From Octopus bimaculoides (Eukaryota), in contig NC_068987.1 of the NCBI RefSeq assembly GCF_001194135.2, positions 32,858,256-32,904,321 of the forward strand: a DNA stretch of 46,066 nt, in the 5' to 3' direction. The notes beneath the pieces were generated by a model that was given only the letters and a program-made list of their open reading frames with translations, did not search any database and was not told where the DNA came from. Each line of letters begins with the position of its first letter. The stretch's first letter is position 1. The translations under genes and the position numbers were made by a program. Positions 12,970 through 25,744 of the stretch are shown in pieces.

Positions 12970-15434
12970 CTTACGATACTCAAATATGATTTCTGATGAA
13001 GCTTTGACGCTTTCTCCTATGAAATACTGTCTACAATTTTTTTCTGTGTATATGCTTATATACAATCATGATTTTTGATGATCTGATAAATAATTATGAA
13101 TTCATTTTACTACCTATTTTAAACACTTTTATGTGAACTGTTTAAATACAAAGCCCTTATTATCATTTTCTTATCATTGTCAAATTTTCTATTTCGGGGC
13201 TAATACAGTTTGGCACCTCTTCTTGAAAGATGCATTCTTTTGAAAATTTTTTTGGGGGATTCCTAAGTTTTAGATGTCGGAGATTACGAATATACAAAAA
13301 ACAAAGGTTCACCCACCATCACTCCCCACACCCTATTTAAAATTCTGAACTTTTCCGAAACTTTTTTCTCTATGATTTAGATGACTGAGTTCCGAATATG
13401 CAAGAAATCACGTTTTCAAAAGTTTAAATTCAATAAGCATATAGGTATGTGTATAAAGATATAGNNNNNNNNNNNNNNNNNNNNNNNNNNNNNNNNNNNN
13501 NNNNNNNNNNNNNNNNNNNNNNNNNNNNNNNNNNNNNNNNNNNNNNNNNNNNNNNNNNNNNNNNNNNNNNNNNNNNNNNNNNNNNNNNNNNNNNNNNNNN
13601 NNNNNNNNNNNNNNNNNNNNNNNNNNNNNNNNNNNNNNNNNNNNNNNNNNNNNNNNNNNNNNNNNNNNNNNNNNNNNNNNNNNNNNNNNNNNNNNNNNNN
13701 NNNNNNNNNNNNNNNNNNNNNNNNNNNNNNNNNNNNNNNNNNNNNNNNNNNNNNNNNNNNNNNNNNNNNNNNNNNNNNNNNNNNNNNNNNNNNNNNNNNN
13801 NNNNNNNNNNNNNNNNNNNNNNNNNNNNNNNNNNNNNNNNNNNNNNNNNNNNNNNNNNNNNNNNNNNNNNNNNNNNNNNNNNNNNNNNNNNNNNNNNNNN
13901 NNNNNNNNNNNNNNNNNNNNNNNNNNNNNNNNNNNNNNNNNNNNNNNNNNNNNNNNNNNNNNNNNNNNNNNNNNNNNNNNNNNNNNNNNNNNNNNNNNNN
14001 NNNNNNNNNNNNNNNNNNNNNNNNNNNNNNNNNNNNNNNNNNNNNNNNNNNNNNNNNNNNNNNNNNNNNNNNNNNNNNNNNNNNNNNNNNNNNNNNNNNN
14101 NNNNNNNNNNNNNNNNNNNNNNNNNNNNNNNNNNNNNNNNNNNNNNNNNNNNNNNNNNNNNNNNNNNNNNNNNNNNNNNNNNNNNNNNNNNNNNNNNNNN
14201 NNNNNNNNNNNNNNNNNNNNNNNNNNNNNNNNNNNNNNNNNNNNNNNNNNNNNNNNNNNNNNNNNNNNNNNNTATATATATATATATTTATATATATAAA
14301 ATAATGGTCATTATACAAAATTCCTTTATGGTAGCAAATTTGACTTACAGCTGATTCCAGTAGGCATTATAGACAGGTTTCCTCAATTGCTATAATAAAG
14401 GAATTATATGTAATGGGCATTTTTAAAAGTGTTTAATTTAGTTGCGGCCTGGACGTTAAACGAATAACAGCGTTCACTTTGAAGTACCACTGTTTGGATT
14501 TTCCATTTCATTATGGAGAGTTGCGGTTTAAACAGCATTAACGATTATCACTACATATGTGCTGAAATATTATCCTGGTTTTTTTAAAACCAATAAGAAG
14601 ATTTGGGTGATTTGATAGCACTCACATCACTCGCAAACATATCTGAAAAATGTCATTCTGGTTATTATAACAAATTTGGAAACTTGGCGAAGTAGAAAGC
14701 CTTAGCAGCCCTTTCAATATAATTACAAAAATATTATTCCATATTATTCCAGTTCTTATAATCAGTTTGAAGATAATGGCTTTTCACCTATTCTAGTGGC
14801 CTTATCCTATTCCTGCTATGCTGCTTAATCAGTTTGAGTATTCAACGCCGGGCAATCTTTTTACTGCGATGGTCAGCATTTATGCCACAGTATATAACCT
14901 TACACAGTTATAATATATAGCAACTAATGTCAAATTAATTTATGTCTTGCTACATACATCCCAAAGGAAATGTTTTAAATTAATTAACGTTAACAGCAGC
15001 AACATATTCCTTTGTACACACTTTGTTCAGCGTTCGTTTAAAAATTGTAAAAATATAAATGATCTTTGTATGAAAAATTGATTTATACCTTCTGAATTTT
15101 CTTGGAGAATTACTTTCTTCACCGTCACATTGAATCCTAAATTTCATAACAATTAGTACAGGTTCCTAATAAATGTTGACTTCCTGTACATTGGTGACGC
15201 AGGGTAAGTTTTGCTAATTGGTGACTTTCCGATGCTGTAATAGTTCTTTTGGAAATATTTCCTAAAACATTTTATACCATAACTATGCTACAGAAAGTAT
15301 GTATTGACTACATCTCGTTTCGCTTGAACTTTGTGTGTGTTCGTTTTGCTGCTTTTAATATTATCAAGTCTATGAGTGCCTATATGTGTATGTATTTGGT
15401 TTCGCGTTCTTTACGTCTATAGGAAACTATAGTC

Positions 15435-17327
15435 AAGGACATTTTACGCCGTTTTAACTAGCCCACATCTAATGAAGTAGCCCTCCTTATGGTAGGGGAC
15501 TCCCATGAAAACCGTGATCTTCTCATTCGCGGTCGAGATAGCAAAATTAAACGTGTTTCAGAAACTCACCTCTCTTATGATTCTCTTCAGTATCCTTTTA
15601 TTTTGTTGAATGAACACGATAGGTGCTATTTCAATATTTCACAGATTGAACCTGCAACAGGAAAGCCAATTAGAATCAAAAAGGTGTCGTCAAATAACTT
15701 CTATTCTTACCAACTGATGTTAAGACCAAAACAATCAAATCAATGATACGTGCATCGTGATCTATTTCAGCAATACCTGGTTAATATGTATGCTAAAGTT
15801 GAAAGTCAGCGCCTCATCTACATTCGTAACGAAAAAAATGCTAAGGGTTAAAAGTCATATTCATCTCCAAGGTACTCTGAGGAAAGATGGAGATATTCAA
15901 AACATGGGGCAACATATAATCTTCCCATCATCATTCATAGATGGTCCTCTATATATGCGCGAACGAACACAAGATGCTATGGCATATATCAGGTCATGTG
16001 GAAAACCAAATCTTTTTGTCCTTTTCATCAGCAATCTAGCCTTTTTCTAGTGTTGCATCTTCTGGTATTCCAGCTACCCTCCCCAGTGGGGGAAGAACAG
16101 CTCGTTCCATCTTCAAACTCCCTCTAAATCTTGCAATGAAAGAATTTCAAATGTGCAGCATTTCCGAAAACACTGCAATGACAACTGCTCTCCAACAAAC
16201 TTGCATCACGGTTTGGAATGAGTGTGCTGTCACATCATGGAGCGCCAGAGGTACTTGACCTTACCCGCCAAGACCTAAAAAAATAACAATAGCAAGCTGA
16301 TGGGATGAGTAGCAGTTCTTCTTGAAGGTGATTTTCGTCAAATGTTGCCAGTTATCCCCAAAGGATCAAAAGATGATGAGCAATGCATGCTTCAAAAAAT
16401 CGTAGCTTTGGAGACATGTGAAAAAACTTCAGCTTACAAGTCACATCAACTCATGACTTCAGCTAAATTAAATTACATGCGTTCAAATGATACTTTCTCT
16501 TAGGGATCTTATGGAGAAAGTATTTCTTAATTTATCTGTCAATTACACTGATGTAAACTGGTTATATGAAAGAGCTATACTAGCTCCAACTAATGAAATG
16601 TTTGATAAACTCAATCAAAAACTTCTTCAAAAGTTAAGATACATCAGAATTGACTTTTCCATTAATTGCCAACAGTCGATCAAGATCAGGTCGTTTGAAC
16701 TTCTGAACACACTTAAACCCACTGGGATGCCACCGCATAACTTGACGCTAAAACTGGGTGCTGCCATTAGGTTGCTAAAGAATCTTGACCAATCTTACCT
16801 GTGCTATGGAACTCGCTTAATTGTTACTTTAATGATGTCCCGTGTCCTAAAGGCAACAATCATCACAGGTACTCACAAAGGAGAAAATGCCTTCATTCTC
16901 AAAATTCCTCTTATACCTACAGGTGTTCCATTCGAATTTAAGACGCTTCAGCTTCGAGTCAGACTAAGTTTTGGTATTTCGAATAACAAACCACACGGTC
17001 AATCCCTCAAGACAGTTGCACTTGGTCTCTCTAGTGCATGCTTCTCCCATGGCCATCTCTATGTTGCTTGCGCGCGAGTTGGAAGCAGCAACAATTTATT
17101 CATTTCGACACCAATAAAAAAGTTACACAATGAATATTGTTTACCCTGAAGTGCTTCAAGATTGACAGATGTTCAGTTCTAAATTCTGTTATCGTTACAA
17201 TTTGGATATTTATAAAAATGTAATATAGACATTTTGAAATAGTTATGAATATATATCTTTATATTTATTGTTTACTAACCTGAATAAGAACAGCAGTAAC
17301 CCGGGCGATGCCGGGGTATTCAGCTAG
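15435..17327 (+). mobile_element. Helitron, internally deleted RepHel pseudogene with intact 3' terminus
   Basis: Rep: PTSNEVALLMVG, SETHLSYDSLQYP, LFQQYLVNMYAKVE, FPSSFIDGPLYMRERTQDAMAYIRSCGKPNLF. PIF1 helicase: VASSGIPATLPSGGRTA, GDFRQMLPVIPKG, RAILAPTN, GMPPHNLTLKLG, GQSL..., FSHGHLYVACARV. 3' hairpin CCCGGGCGATGCCGGG at 17300-17315, then CTAG|T at 17324-17328. Confidence 0.95.
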
Positions 17328-17757
17328 TGTATATATGTATGTATATATATGTATATAAATATTATACACAGACAGACAGACACACACACACACACACACA
17401 TTACAAAATAGGTGTATTTTCACGCAGGAAAAACATATAGGCAAATTTGTTGTTGAAAATGCACCTGAACTTGGAAATATTGTAACTGTTTAAAATAAAA
17501 TTATTTAAATATATACCAAGCTAGTTTCAACAATATTTTTTTATTTATCGATGGTACAAATTTCCCTAAACACAACGGAAAGAGGATCAAAGAAGCTGTA
17601 GACCAAATCGCTTGTTCTACTATCTTCATTTCTCACTTGTTTTCTCCCCTCTTAACTCAGTATGACTGAAATTATGATGATATTCATTTCTTGTCTATCA
17701 CTCCTAACACTGATGAGCTTTGTACATTCATACGATTTGATGCATAGTTTCAATATA

Positions 17758-18221
17758 ATTGCTGAAGTGTTACTCCCTTATTTCCTTACTAACTTACATG
17801 GAATTTCGTAATATTTTACCTCATAACTCTTTTTCTCCTAAATTTGTTCAATGCGACTAGCGATTCTGAATACTTCATACATTTTTCTATCATTTAAGTC
17901 TAAGAAAAGTATACTTTTAATTTGAAATTTAAAAATTAATGTTAATTGATGATGAATATCTGCCTTAGTGCCCCCTTGAGGTCGCAGATATATTTTTTTT
18001 CTACTGAACCAAATTTCAAACTATTTATGCTAAAGTGTAGCTGAGGAGGTGGCCTCTTAACACTATTAAGAGTTTACAATTTAGTTGAGAACCAAATTAG
18101 TGGTGAAGCTTGGAAGCTGCTGCGATTGACGAAATGGTGGACTTAAGAATATATTCAAGCACTACCGTGGTTGAATTATATATATAGATATATTTAAGCA
18201 TGCGTATTTGTGACTTTGTTT
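17758..18221 (+). repeat. left arm of long inverted repeat (partner 20788-21262)
   Basis: Collinear with the reverse complement of 20788-21262 over its whole length. Confidence 0.93.
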
Positions 18222-19610
18222 CTTATGAACATTTAAACTTGTCAACATCGTAATTTCTGAACATGTTTCTCTAATTCATAAATCTAAATTTGTTATGAAC
18301 ATTTTCAGTTGTCTATTTCATAATTTTGAACTTTTACCATTGATAAATGAATAATATTGCTGAAACTAATTTGGTATATATGTAAATAATTTTATTTTAA
18401 ACAATTACAAGTTTAGGCGCAGTTTCTACAACACATTTGCCTATATATATATGTGTGTGTGTATGTGTGTATGTATGTGTGTGTGTGTTTGTGTGGGTGA
18501 GTGTATCAAAATAAGCAACAAGGATAACCAGAGGCAATGCAGTACGATCGTTTCATGCAACTCCATTCAATTGAACAATGCAATCATTATATCAATTTAA
18601 AATGCAGAGCAATCCTCAGCGCACAAGACATAGAATTTAATTGAATTAGAACAGATGGACACATTACTATAATTATACCTAAAATCTCCAAGAAGTTAAT
18701 GAGGTAGACAAAGAACATGCTATCTCCACTTCAGAATAGAAATTACTAAGTTATCAAGAAGACTCTGCCTGTCACTGATTTTTTTTTGTTTTTATGGGGT
18801 CAGGTTTAATTTATAGACTAGTTTATCAAATCTTTGTATATCTGAGGCTGATAGAATAAAGGGCAGCATCTGTTATATGTAGGGCTGAGGGAGCAGGCAA
18901 AAATCATAGTTGGTGTAGTCATAAAAATCAAGATTTCTTAGAAGCAATATCATGAGGTATGGTAAACTAACAATTAAGGGGGTCGTCGACTAGCAGACCA
19001 TTGATAATGAAACGGGAAGTCTTATGTAGTACTATAGTTGAATATTTTAAACAATGCTGCTATATTTTATGCAGGTAGAGTTTAGGGCTATTCAGAGAGT
19101 TATTAAGAAGAATATTATAACAAAAGGATAGAAATTTATGAATACTTTTGAGTATATACCAAACTTTTAATAGAGGAAGGAAAATAAATTATCCAGGAAT
19201 AGTTTAATATTTATATATAATATACACTAAAATAATAACTCATCAGATGGTGTCTGTGAATATTGATTAATTGGTATATACTGGAATTAATAAAGGGATA
19301 TTGACGTAAAAGAACATGCTAAATATATATTAATAAAATCATAATCTAAACAGTTTTTTTTATAAGTAATAACTACTTTTTTATAAGTAGCATATATAAA
19401 ACTAGACCAGTATAATTTTATATAAGCTAAGGATGAATTTATAGAGATACAAAGATTAGCTTAATTTTACGAATAGATAAAAGCTAATTATAAAATGATT
19501 TTAATTGGATTTTAATCACCTTACTTTGAAATTGTATGGACAATACCGTGCTAAATTCTAGTGCCTCAGCTTAATTACCATATTCATCTGAATCTAAATT
19601 TTTGCTTAAA

Positions 19611-19618
19611 TACACACA

Positions 19619-19693
<75 letters not shown>
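19611..19693. repeat. (CA)n microsatellite
   Basis: Direct reading. Confidence 0.95.
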
Positions 19694-19696
<3 letters not shown>

Positions 19697-20214
19697 TATG
19701 TATATATATTTATATATATACATACACGCACACACACACGTGGGTATAAAAGATAAATATGTATCACATTTAGCTGTATAGTTTTGGGAGTTCGGTTGAA
19801 TATCGGTTATGCGATGACTTTTAGTCGCGTACGTAATTAATCCTAACACTTACAAATTTATAATTCGGAGTATTACACTGAGGAGAACAATAGGTAAATA
19901 TAATTTACTTTGAGTTCGAAACACGTCTCTGATTAACCGAAGTCATGTGGATTCCTCATTTTTCTTTTTGCCTACATAAAAAAAGTGTTTTATTGTCACA
20001 GAGATTTTTATGGTAGTTGAGAAGACTTTCGAGGCGAGGTACTGATTATAATCATAGAATATTTATACATATATATATATACATTTCACGGAGTATCCAG
20101 TCGTTCAACGACATATCAGGGTTCAACCACATAGACGATTTGTTTATGGTAATCATATGCTTGTGTACACATAAGCTAACTCCCTCCATTAAATCGATAT
20201 TATCTGTACGAGTG

Positions 20215-20373
20215 CACTATGTGCTACATGTTAGATGTCGATATGGTCGCAGAGCAACGTGAAATGAAGTGTTTGTTCAATAAAACAACGCAACGCCTGG
20301 TCTGGGAATCGAAACCACGATCGCGAAATCGTGAGTGCAAAGCCCTGATAACATCACTAAACCATGCGCTTCC
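20215..20373 (-). mobile_element. tRNA-derived SINE head
   Basis: Minus strand GGAAGCGCATGGTTTAGTG (A-box-like) ... GGTTTCGATTCCC (B-box-like), then body TTGAACAAACACTTCATTTCACGTTGCTC. No complete cloverleaf. Confidence 0.7.
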
Positions 20374-20443
20374 ACAAACACACCTACACATATGTACAAA
20401 TAAACACACACATACGAACATATATGTATATATATATATATAT

Positions 20444-20487
<44 letters not shown>

Positions 20488-20599
20488 TGAGAGAGAGAGA
20501 GAGAGAGAGATATATATATTTATAGATAGATAGATAGATAGATAAATAATACCAGAGATACCGGCCTTGCTCGGGATTAAAATGGCATAGTTGTATTCA

Positions 20600-20810
20600 T
20601 CATTTTACTGGTTTCAGTCATTTGAGTGTGGCCATGCTGGAGTACTACCTTTTATTTGAAGAAATCGACCCCTGGACTTATTCTTTGCAAGCCTAAAGCT
20701 TATTCTATCGATATCCTCTGCCGAACCGCTACGATATGGGGTCATAAACACACCAACATCGGTTTCTAAGCGATGATGGCGGGGAACAAACAAAGCCACA
20801 AATACACACA
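20600..20810 (-). mobile_element. SINE 3' domain
   Basis: Reverse complement is homologous to the 6400-6565 and 8400-8602 tails. Confidence 0.8.
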
Positions 20811-21262
20811 TAAATATATCTATATATATTAGTCAACCACGGTAGTGGTTGAATATATTCTTAAGTCCACCATTTCGTCAATCGCAGCAGCTTCCAAGCT
20901 TCACCACTAATTCGGTTCTCAACTAAATTGCAAACTCTTAATAGTTTTAAAGAGGACACCTCCTCTGCTACACTTTGGCATAAATAGTTTGATATTTGGT
21001 TCAGTAGAAAGAAAGTTACATAAAAATATCTGCGACCTTAAGGAGGGCAGTAAGGCGGATATACATCATCAATTAACATTAATTTTAAAATTTTAAATGA
21101 AAAGTATACTTTTGTTAGGCTTAAATGATAGAAAAATCCATGAGGAATTCAGAATCACTAGTGGCGTTGAACAAAAACTAAGATGAAAAGTGTTACGAAG
21201 GTAAAATGTTATGAAATTTCATGTTAGCAAGTAAGAAAGTAAGGAAGTAACGCTTCAGCAAT
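20788..21262 (-). repeat. right arm of long inverted repeat (partner 17758-18221)
   Basis: Contains the perfect hairpin TCAACCAC-GGTA-GTGGTTGA at 20833-20852. Confidence 0.93.
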
Positions 21263-21304
21263 AAGAATAAAGAATATATTTATAAAATGAATATCTATTT
21301 TACA

Positions 21305-21700
21305 ATGCGGCGTGCTGGCAGAAACGTTATCGCGCCGGATGAAACGCTTAACGTTATTTCGTCTATCGTTGTGTTTATTGAGTTCAAATTTCTCCGAGAT
21401 TGACTTTGCTGTACAGATTATTTAACTAAACATTTTCAAACTTCCGATACTTGTAGAATATGTCGCATAGACCAGGATTTGTTTTTGACAAAATTTTGTA
21501 CTTTAGAAGCGGTATTGCGTCTGCCTTTACGTTCTGAGTTACAATTCCGCCGTGTTCGACTTTGTCTTTCATCCATTTCGGATCAATTCAATTAGACGTA
21601 AAGATTATTTATTAATTTAGTTTAACTAAACACTTTCAAACTTCCGATACTGGTAGAATGTGTCACATAGAACGTTTCTGACAAAATTTTAGAAGTTATT
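21305..21700 (+). mobile_element. tandem pair of SINE heads, each followed by the same ~90-bp tail
   Basis: Two GGCAGAAACGTT-family segments, each followed by TTAACTAAACA(T/C)TTTCAAACTTCCGATACT.GTAGAAT.TGTC.CATAGA...TGACAAAATTTT. Confidence 0.7.
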
Positions 21701-21859
21701 CCATCAGAAGTTGCAGAGTGACAATGGACAAATTCGTGTCTGATAAGTGCCAATATTCGAAACTCTTAGCTTTTTAACTGTAAAGCTGTCTTACTCTCTA
21801 ACTTCTGCCGATGATATATATATATATATTGCATATATGTGTAAAAAATTTCTTCACGG

Positions 21860-22028
21860 ATCAATGAAAGAGCCTCTACCTGGTCGCTCGACACGCTAAA
21901 AATAGCAGCCAAATTATCCCCTACTTAAATCACACGCCCGTTGTATGTAATGTCCTAGATTATCCCTAAAAAGACGGCTTGCTGAAGACTAGAATGTCTT
22001 TGATGATACGTTTGCAATATCAGGATTT
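21860..22028 (+). mobile_element. 3' domain of a further SINE family
   Basis: TGGTCGCTCGACACGCTAAAAATAGCAGCCAAAT...GAGGTTAAATAACAA. A related reverse copy lies at 32685-32845. Confidence 0.55.
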
Positions 22029-22522
22029 ATTTGAGGTTAAATAACAATATTGTGGTCAATTTCTATATTAACACTCGCACAATTTTCACTAAGTAAAAAA
22101 AAAATTTATTTTGGCGTGGAAGTGACCTCTTAATATTGCAAAATTAGGTTACTTAAGGTGAGTCTGGTAACTGATAGTTTTGGGATCTTGTTGTTTTCAA
22201 CTTTTGATGAGCCATGGTGCAACTAACAACAGGGTAAAAATCCCTGCCATTAATTTTGTGTGAATGGGTCATATCAAATAATTCAATAACAACATATATT
22301 TAAATTAAACACGAAAAAAGTTTGAAATAGGAAAGATTGAAATATTATCTTTCAGTAGTTTATAAGGTAAAATCTTAAATTATTAATTGACAAAATCTTA
22401 AATTATTAACTGACACATTATTAATTATTTTATAACAGCAATGTCTGGAAAAGTCATGGATTACATGGAAAAATGCGAGCATGAAAAGTCACATTCTTAA
22501 GATTGTAAAAATGGGAACGTAC

Positions 22523-22609
22523 AGGACAAGTGATTACACCAGTAAAAGTATAGGACAAGTGATTACACCAGTAAAAGTATAGGACAAGCTATTACTTCTA
22601 GTAAAGTAT
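22523..22609. repeat. 29-bp tandem repeat, 3 copies
   Basis: AGGACAAGTGATTACACCAGTAAAAGTAT at 22523 and 22552 (identical) and 22581 (degenerate). Confidence 0.95.
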
Positions 22610-23029
22610 AGAATAAGAAACATTTTACTTAAAATATTGCACCTAAAATTAAAATCTCAATATTAAAACTTATTTTATTATAGTTTACAAATATCACTAT
22701 ACATATTTAACATATTTAAGTTGAATTTGGATAATTTACTACCTTAAATACGGAAACAAGTGACGAATTAGACAAACTTACAAATTAGCTGAATAGTTTT
22801 GTACAATAAATTTAAGAGATGAGAACTGTAATGAGTGTCTTAAGAATATGACTTTTCATGCTCGCATTTCTCCATGTAATATAGGACAGACTTCTCATAG
22901 TTTTCGTCAACCAAATCTACTTACGCGGCTTTCTACAAACTGAAAGTATCAATAGTAAAACCTATTGAAACTGAAAGTATCATCTCACATTACAATAGAT
23001 ATGTTGTTGTTTCACTTTCGATGCAGAAT

Positions 23030-23249
23030 ATTAAAATAGTGTAAGAGATAAGAGATTCTTCTGGGCTCGCATTTTGCAAGAAGTTGGATATTGTTTTGGA
23101 TAATGACACTGCTGGACCCTCATTAAAGCATGTATAAAATTTGAAAGAAATCGGTCGGGTAGTTCTCGAGTTTTAGTGATGCACACATATAGACAGACAG
23201 ACAAACAGACAGACAAACAGACGTACATTCTCAGTTTTATATATATATA
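23030..23249 (+). mobile_element. DINE-1/HINE-like non-autonomous rolling-circle element 3' part
   Basis: AAAATTTGAAAGAAATCGGTCGGGTAGTTCTCGAGTT + (ACAG)n + CATTCTCAGTTTTATATATATA resembles the layout of Helentron-associated short elements. Confidence 0.45.
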
Positions 23250-24896
23250 NNNNNNNNNNNNNNNNNNNNNNNNNNNNNNNNNNNNNNNNNNNNNNNNNNN
23301 NNNNNNNNNNNNNNNNNNNNNNNNNNNNNNNNNNNNNNNNNNNNNNNNNNNNNNNNNNNNNNNNNNNNNNNAGAGAGAGAGAGAGAGAGAGAGAGATAGA
23401 TCTATGTGAATGTGTACAGTTGCGTGTTACATTTCACGGATTGTTTGGAACCTCAGTATTCATGTTCCTTGTGTCTTATGGATACAAGTTACACAGCATC
23501 AGCCTCCTTAAAAAATGATCAAGACAGGAAACGATTGTGCATCCCGGTACCAATAAATTGCGGGTCTGCCCTCTTAATCTATAACTATCCATATAGACTT
23601 CTTTGCAGTTTCGGTGATAGAATGTATACCTCGTTTTGACCGTTAATCTACTCAAAACAACTTTTGTTGTTTTGAAGATTGGACGCCGCAGAACACTGGT
23701 TTCTGCACTACTCTAGCAGTTCCTGTTATTTGGCAAACTTTGTCTTTCGAGCCTCCTCCATGTGTTGTTTCGACGGCTCTGTCATGTCTCAGATTATCAT
23801 CAATTTGGTAGAACCCGGAAAGATAATTATGTATGGATAGAGTGCTATTAATACAATGTTATCTGTGAATGTTTATTGTTTTACAGATTCACTCTCAGGC
23901 GCTACCTTGGTCTGTGAAGGGCTGGCATATTCGTTGATATATCAATGAGGAGATTTCTCTCTAACCTTGAGAAATTGAGGGCTTCCTCTTGAGAAATATG
24001 ATGGCGCTGTTTACTGCACAAAATGTTCCTTGTCAATTCTGCAACCGGCCTTAGACTGATCATGTCGGCAGATAAGATATTGAAGAAACATTCTTTCAAG
24101 ATGGCTGAATCCGGCCATCGTGCCATTCTCTGTTTTCTTTACACCTGCATGACCCTCTTTTTGAAGGAAATGCTGCTCATCCTGTTTGGCGTTACTAATC
24201 TGGATAAATGGAAAGTCATCAATAGCTGAACAGCCAGTCAATACAGTCCAAACATGAGCCTTCTCCTTCAACCGTTCCTCTGTAAATTCTCTGTTAGTAC
24301 TACACTTTCTACCTGTGTGAATTTCAATACTATCTACTGATACATTTATATCCCTGCAATTTGTATTCTGTGGCTTATATTTTTCATGTTACTATGAGCT
24401 CATTTGAAAGGCCACCAAAAAGGAAACTGAGGCATATTAACAAAAAAAAAAAAAAAAAATTGCTGATCTTCTCTAGGCTTTTCTCAGTTGTTACTGACAT
24501 CGTATTGGGAAAAAACCATGGTCAAGATGGTATGCACGTATACCAATCCCTGAAGTGACGGGGCAACCTACATTTGTCAACCTTCGTTAGTGCTTCAGGT
24601 CCAGTAGATCCTGTAGGTCGTGCGGGCCTAGCAGATAACAACTGTGTCCTGACTGCAAATTTTTCTTCCTTTTCTTGACTTGTGCTCCATCAATGTTGGA
24701 CCTTTTCCATCATTTCCCATTCTACTCAGCACTACGGGTCTTATCTTTAATCGTTTAAATCTACCTTGTTCATGAGATTTGCTTCTAAAATATCTGAATG
24801 ATCTCACTGACAGCAGTAGCTTATAATGTTGTTACAATTAGGTCATCTATGATGTCTCTTTTCGGTGGTTATTGCATGCAGAACTTTGTCTAGAGT

Positions 24897-25744
24897 CTGG
24901 TAAATAGAGCTATGACAGGGTGATGCCGTAATAGGATGGTGAGAGGAGGGCTATGCTAAGAGGAGTAAAGTTGAGCTAGGAGGAAAGAGTGAACAGGTAG
25001 GAGGAGGAGGTGATACTTGGGGGAGAGTGTAGCAGTTTGTCGATGGGAGAGCCCAAGGGCTAAGGGTGAAATATGGTAGAATAGAGTAATGAAGAGAAAA
25101 CCGTAGAGAGCTGACAAAATGATAAATTAGGAAATTGAAAAACTGAAGAATGAAGAATGAGAAACGAAAAACGAAAAGAGAAAAAATATTTTTAAAAATA
25201 TAAAAAAATATTTCGAAAACCTTAAAAATATTTTGAAATATTTTAAAATATTTAATTGTTTGAGAAAACCAGGAAAGTCCTTTTTTTGTTTCTCGAATTT
25301 TCGAAGTACAAAGGTTCAAAAGTTTCGAAAGTTATTTAATGTTTTAATATTTTAAATTCCTTAATATCTTTAATAATTTTAATATTTAAAAAATATATTA
25401 AAAAAATATTTATTAAATATCTTTCCTCTTTTCGTTTTTCGTTTTTCATTCTTCATCCTTCATCTTTCAGTTTGCCAATTTTTCATTTTGTCAGTTTTCC
25501 ACGGTTTTCTCTTCGTTGCTCTATTCTGCTATCTTTCTTACTTAGCATTTGGTCTCCCCATCGATAAACCGCTTGACTCCTCCCATAAGTATCACCAACT
25601 GATTCTACCTGTTCATTCTTTCCTCGTAGCTCAACTTCACTCTCTCAGCATAGCACCCCCTCTCACCATTCTATTAAGGCGTCACGCTGTCACATCTCTC
25701 TGTACTAGACGACGACCATGTTGCCTGAGATCCACAAAATATTT
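24897..25744. mobile_element. 848-bp foldback insertion with 12-bp target-site duplication
   Basis: TTTGTCTAGAGT at 24885-24896 and 25745-25756. Arms ~24897-25260 and ~25340-25710 are inverted copies. HERO RT homology resumes across the junction. Confidence 0.9.

Noticed and set aside
9161-14354. Long ORFs of 200-380 aa in the track
   Set aside because: They are open only because they run through N-gaps or CA/TA repeats. The same applies to those at 27.2-29.9, 34.1-35.3, 37.5-37.9 and 39.8-40.3 kb.
20215-20373. tRNA gene
   Set aside because: A/B-box-like motifs are present but there is no acceptor stem or cloverleaf, and the sequence continues into a SINE body.
22523-22609. CRISPR-length 29-bp repeat
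   Set aside because: Copies are contiguous with no spacers, there are no cas genes, and the context is eukaryotic.
23902-24126. RTE-type 3' end read from this ORF
   Set aside because: Better explained as part of the collinear HERO-like element when other frames are used (GTMA..RHDQ, with RLE immediately downstream).
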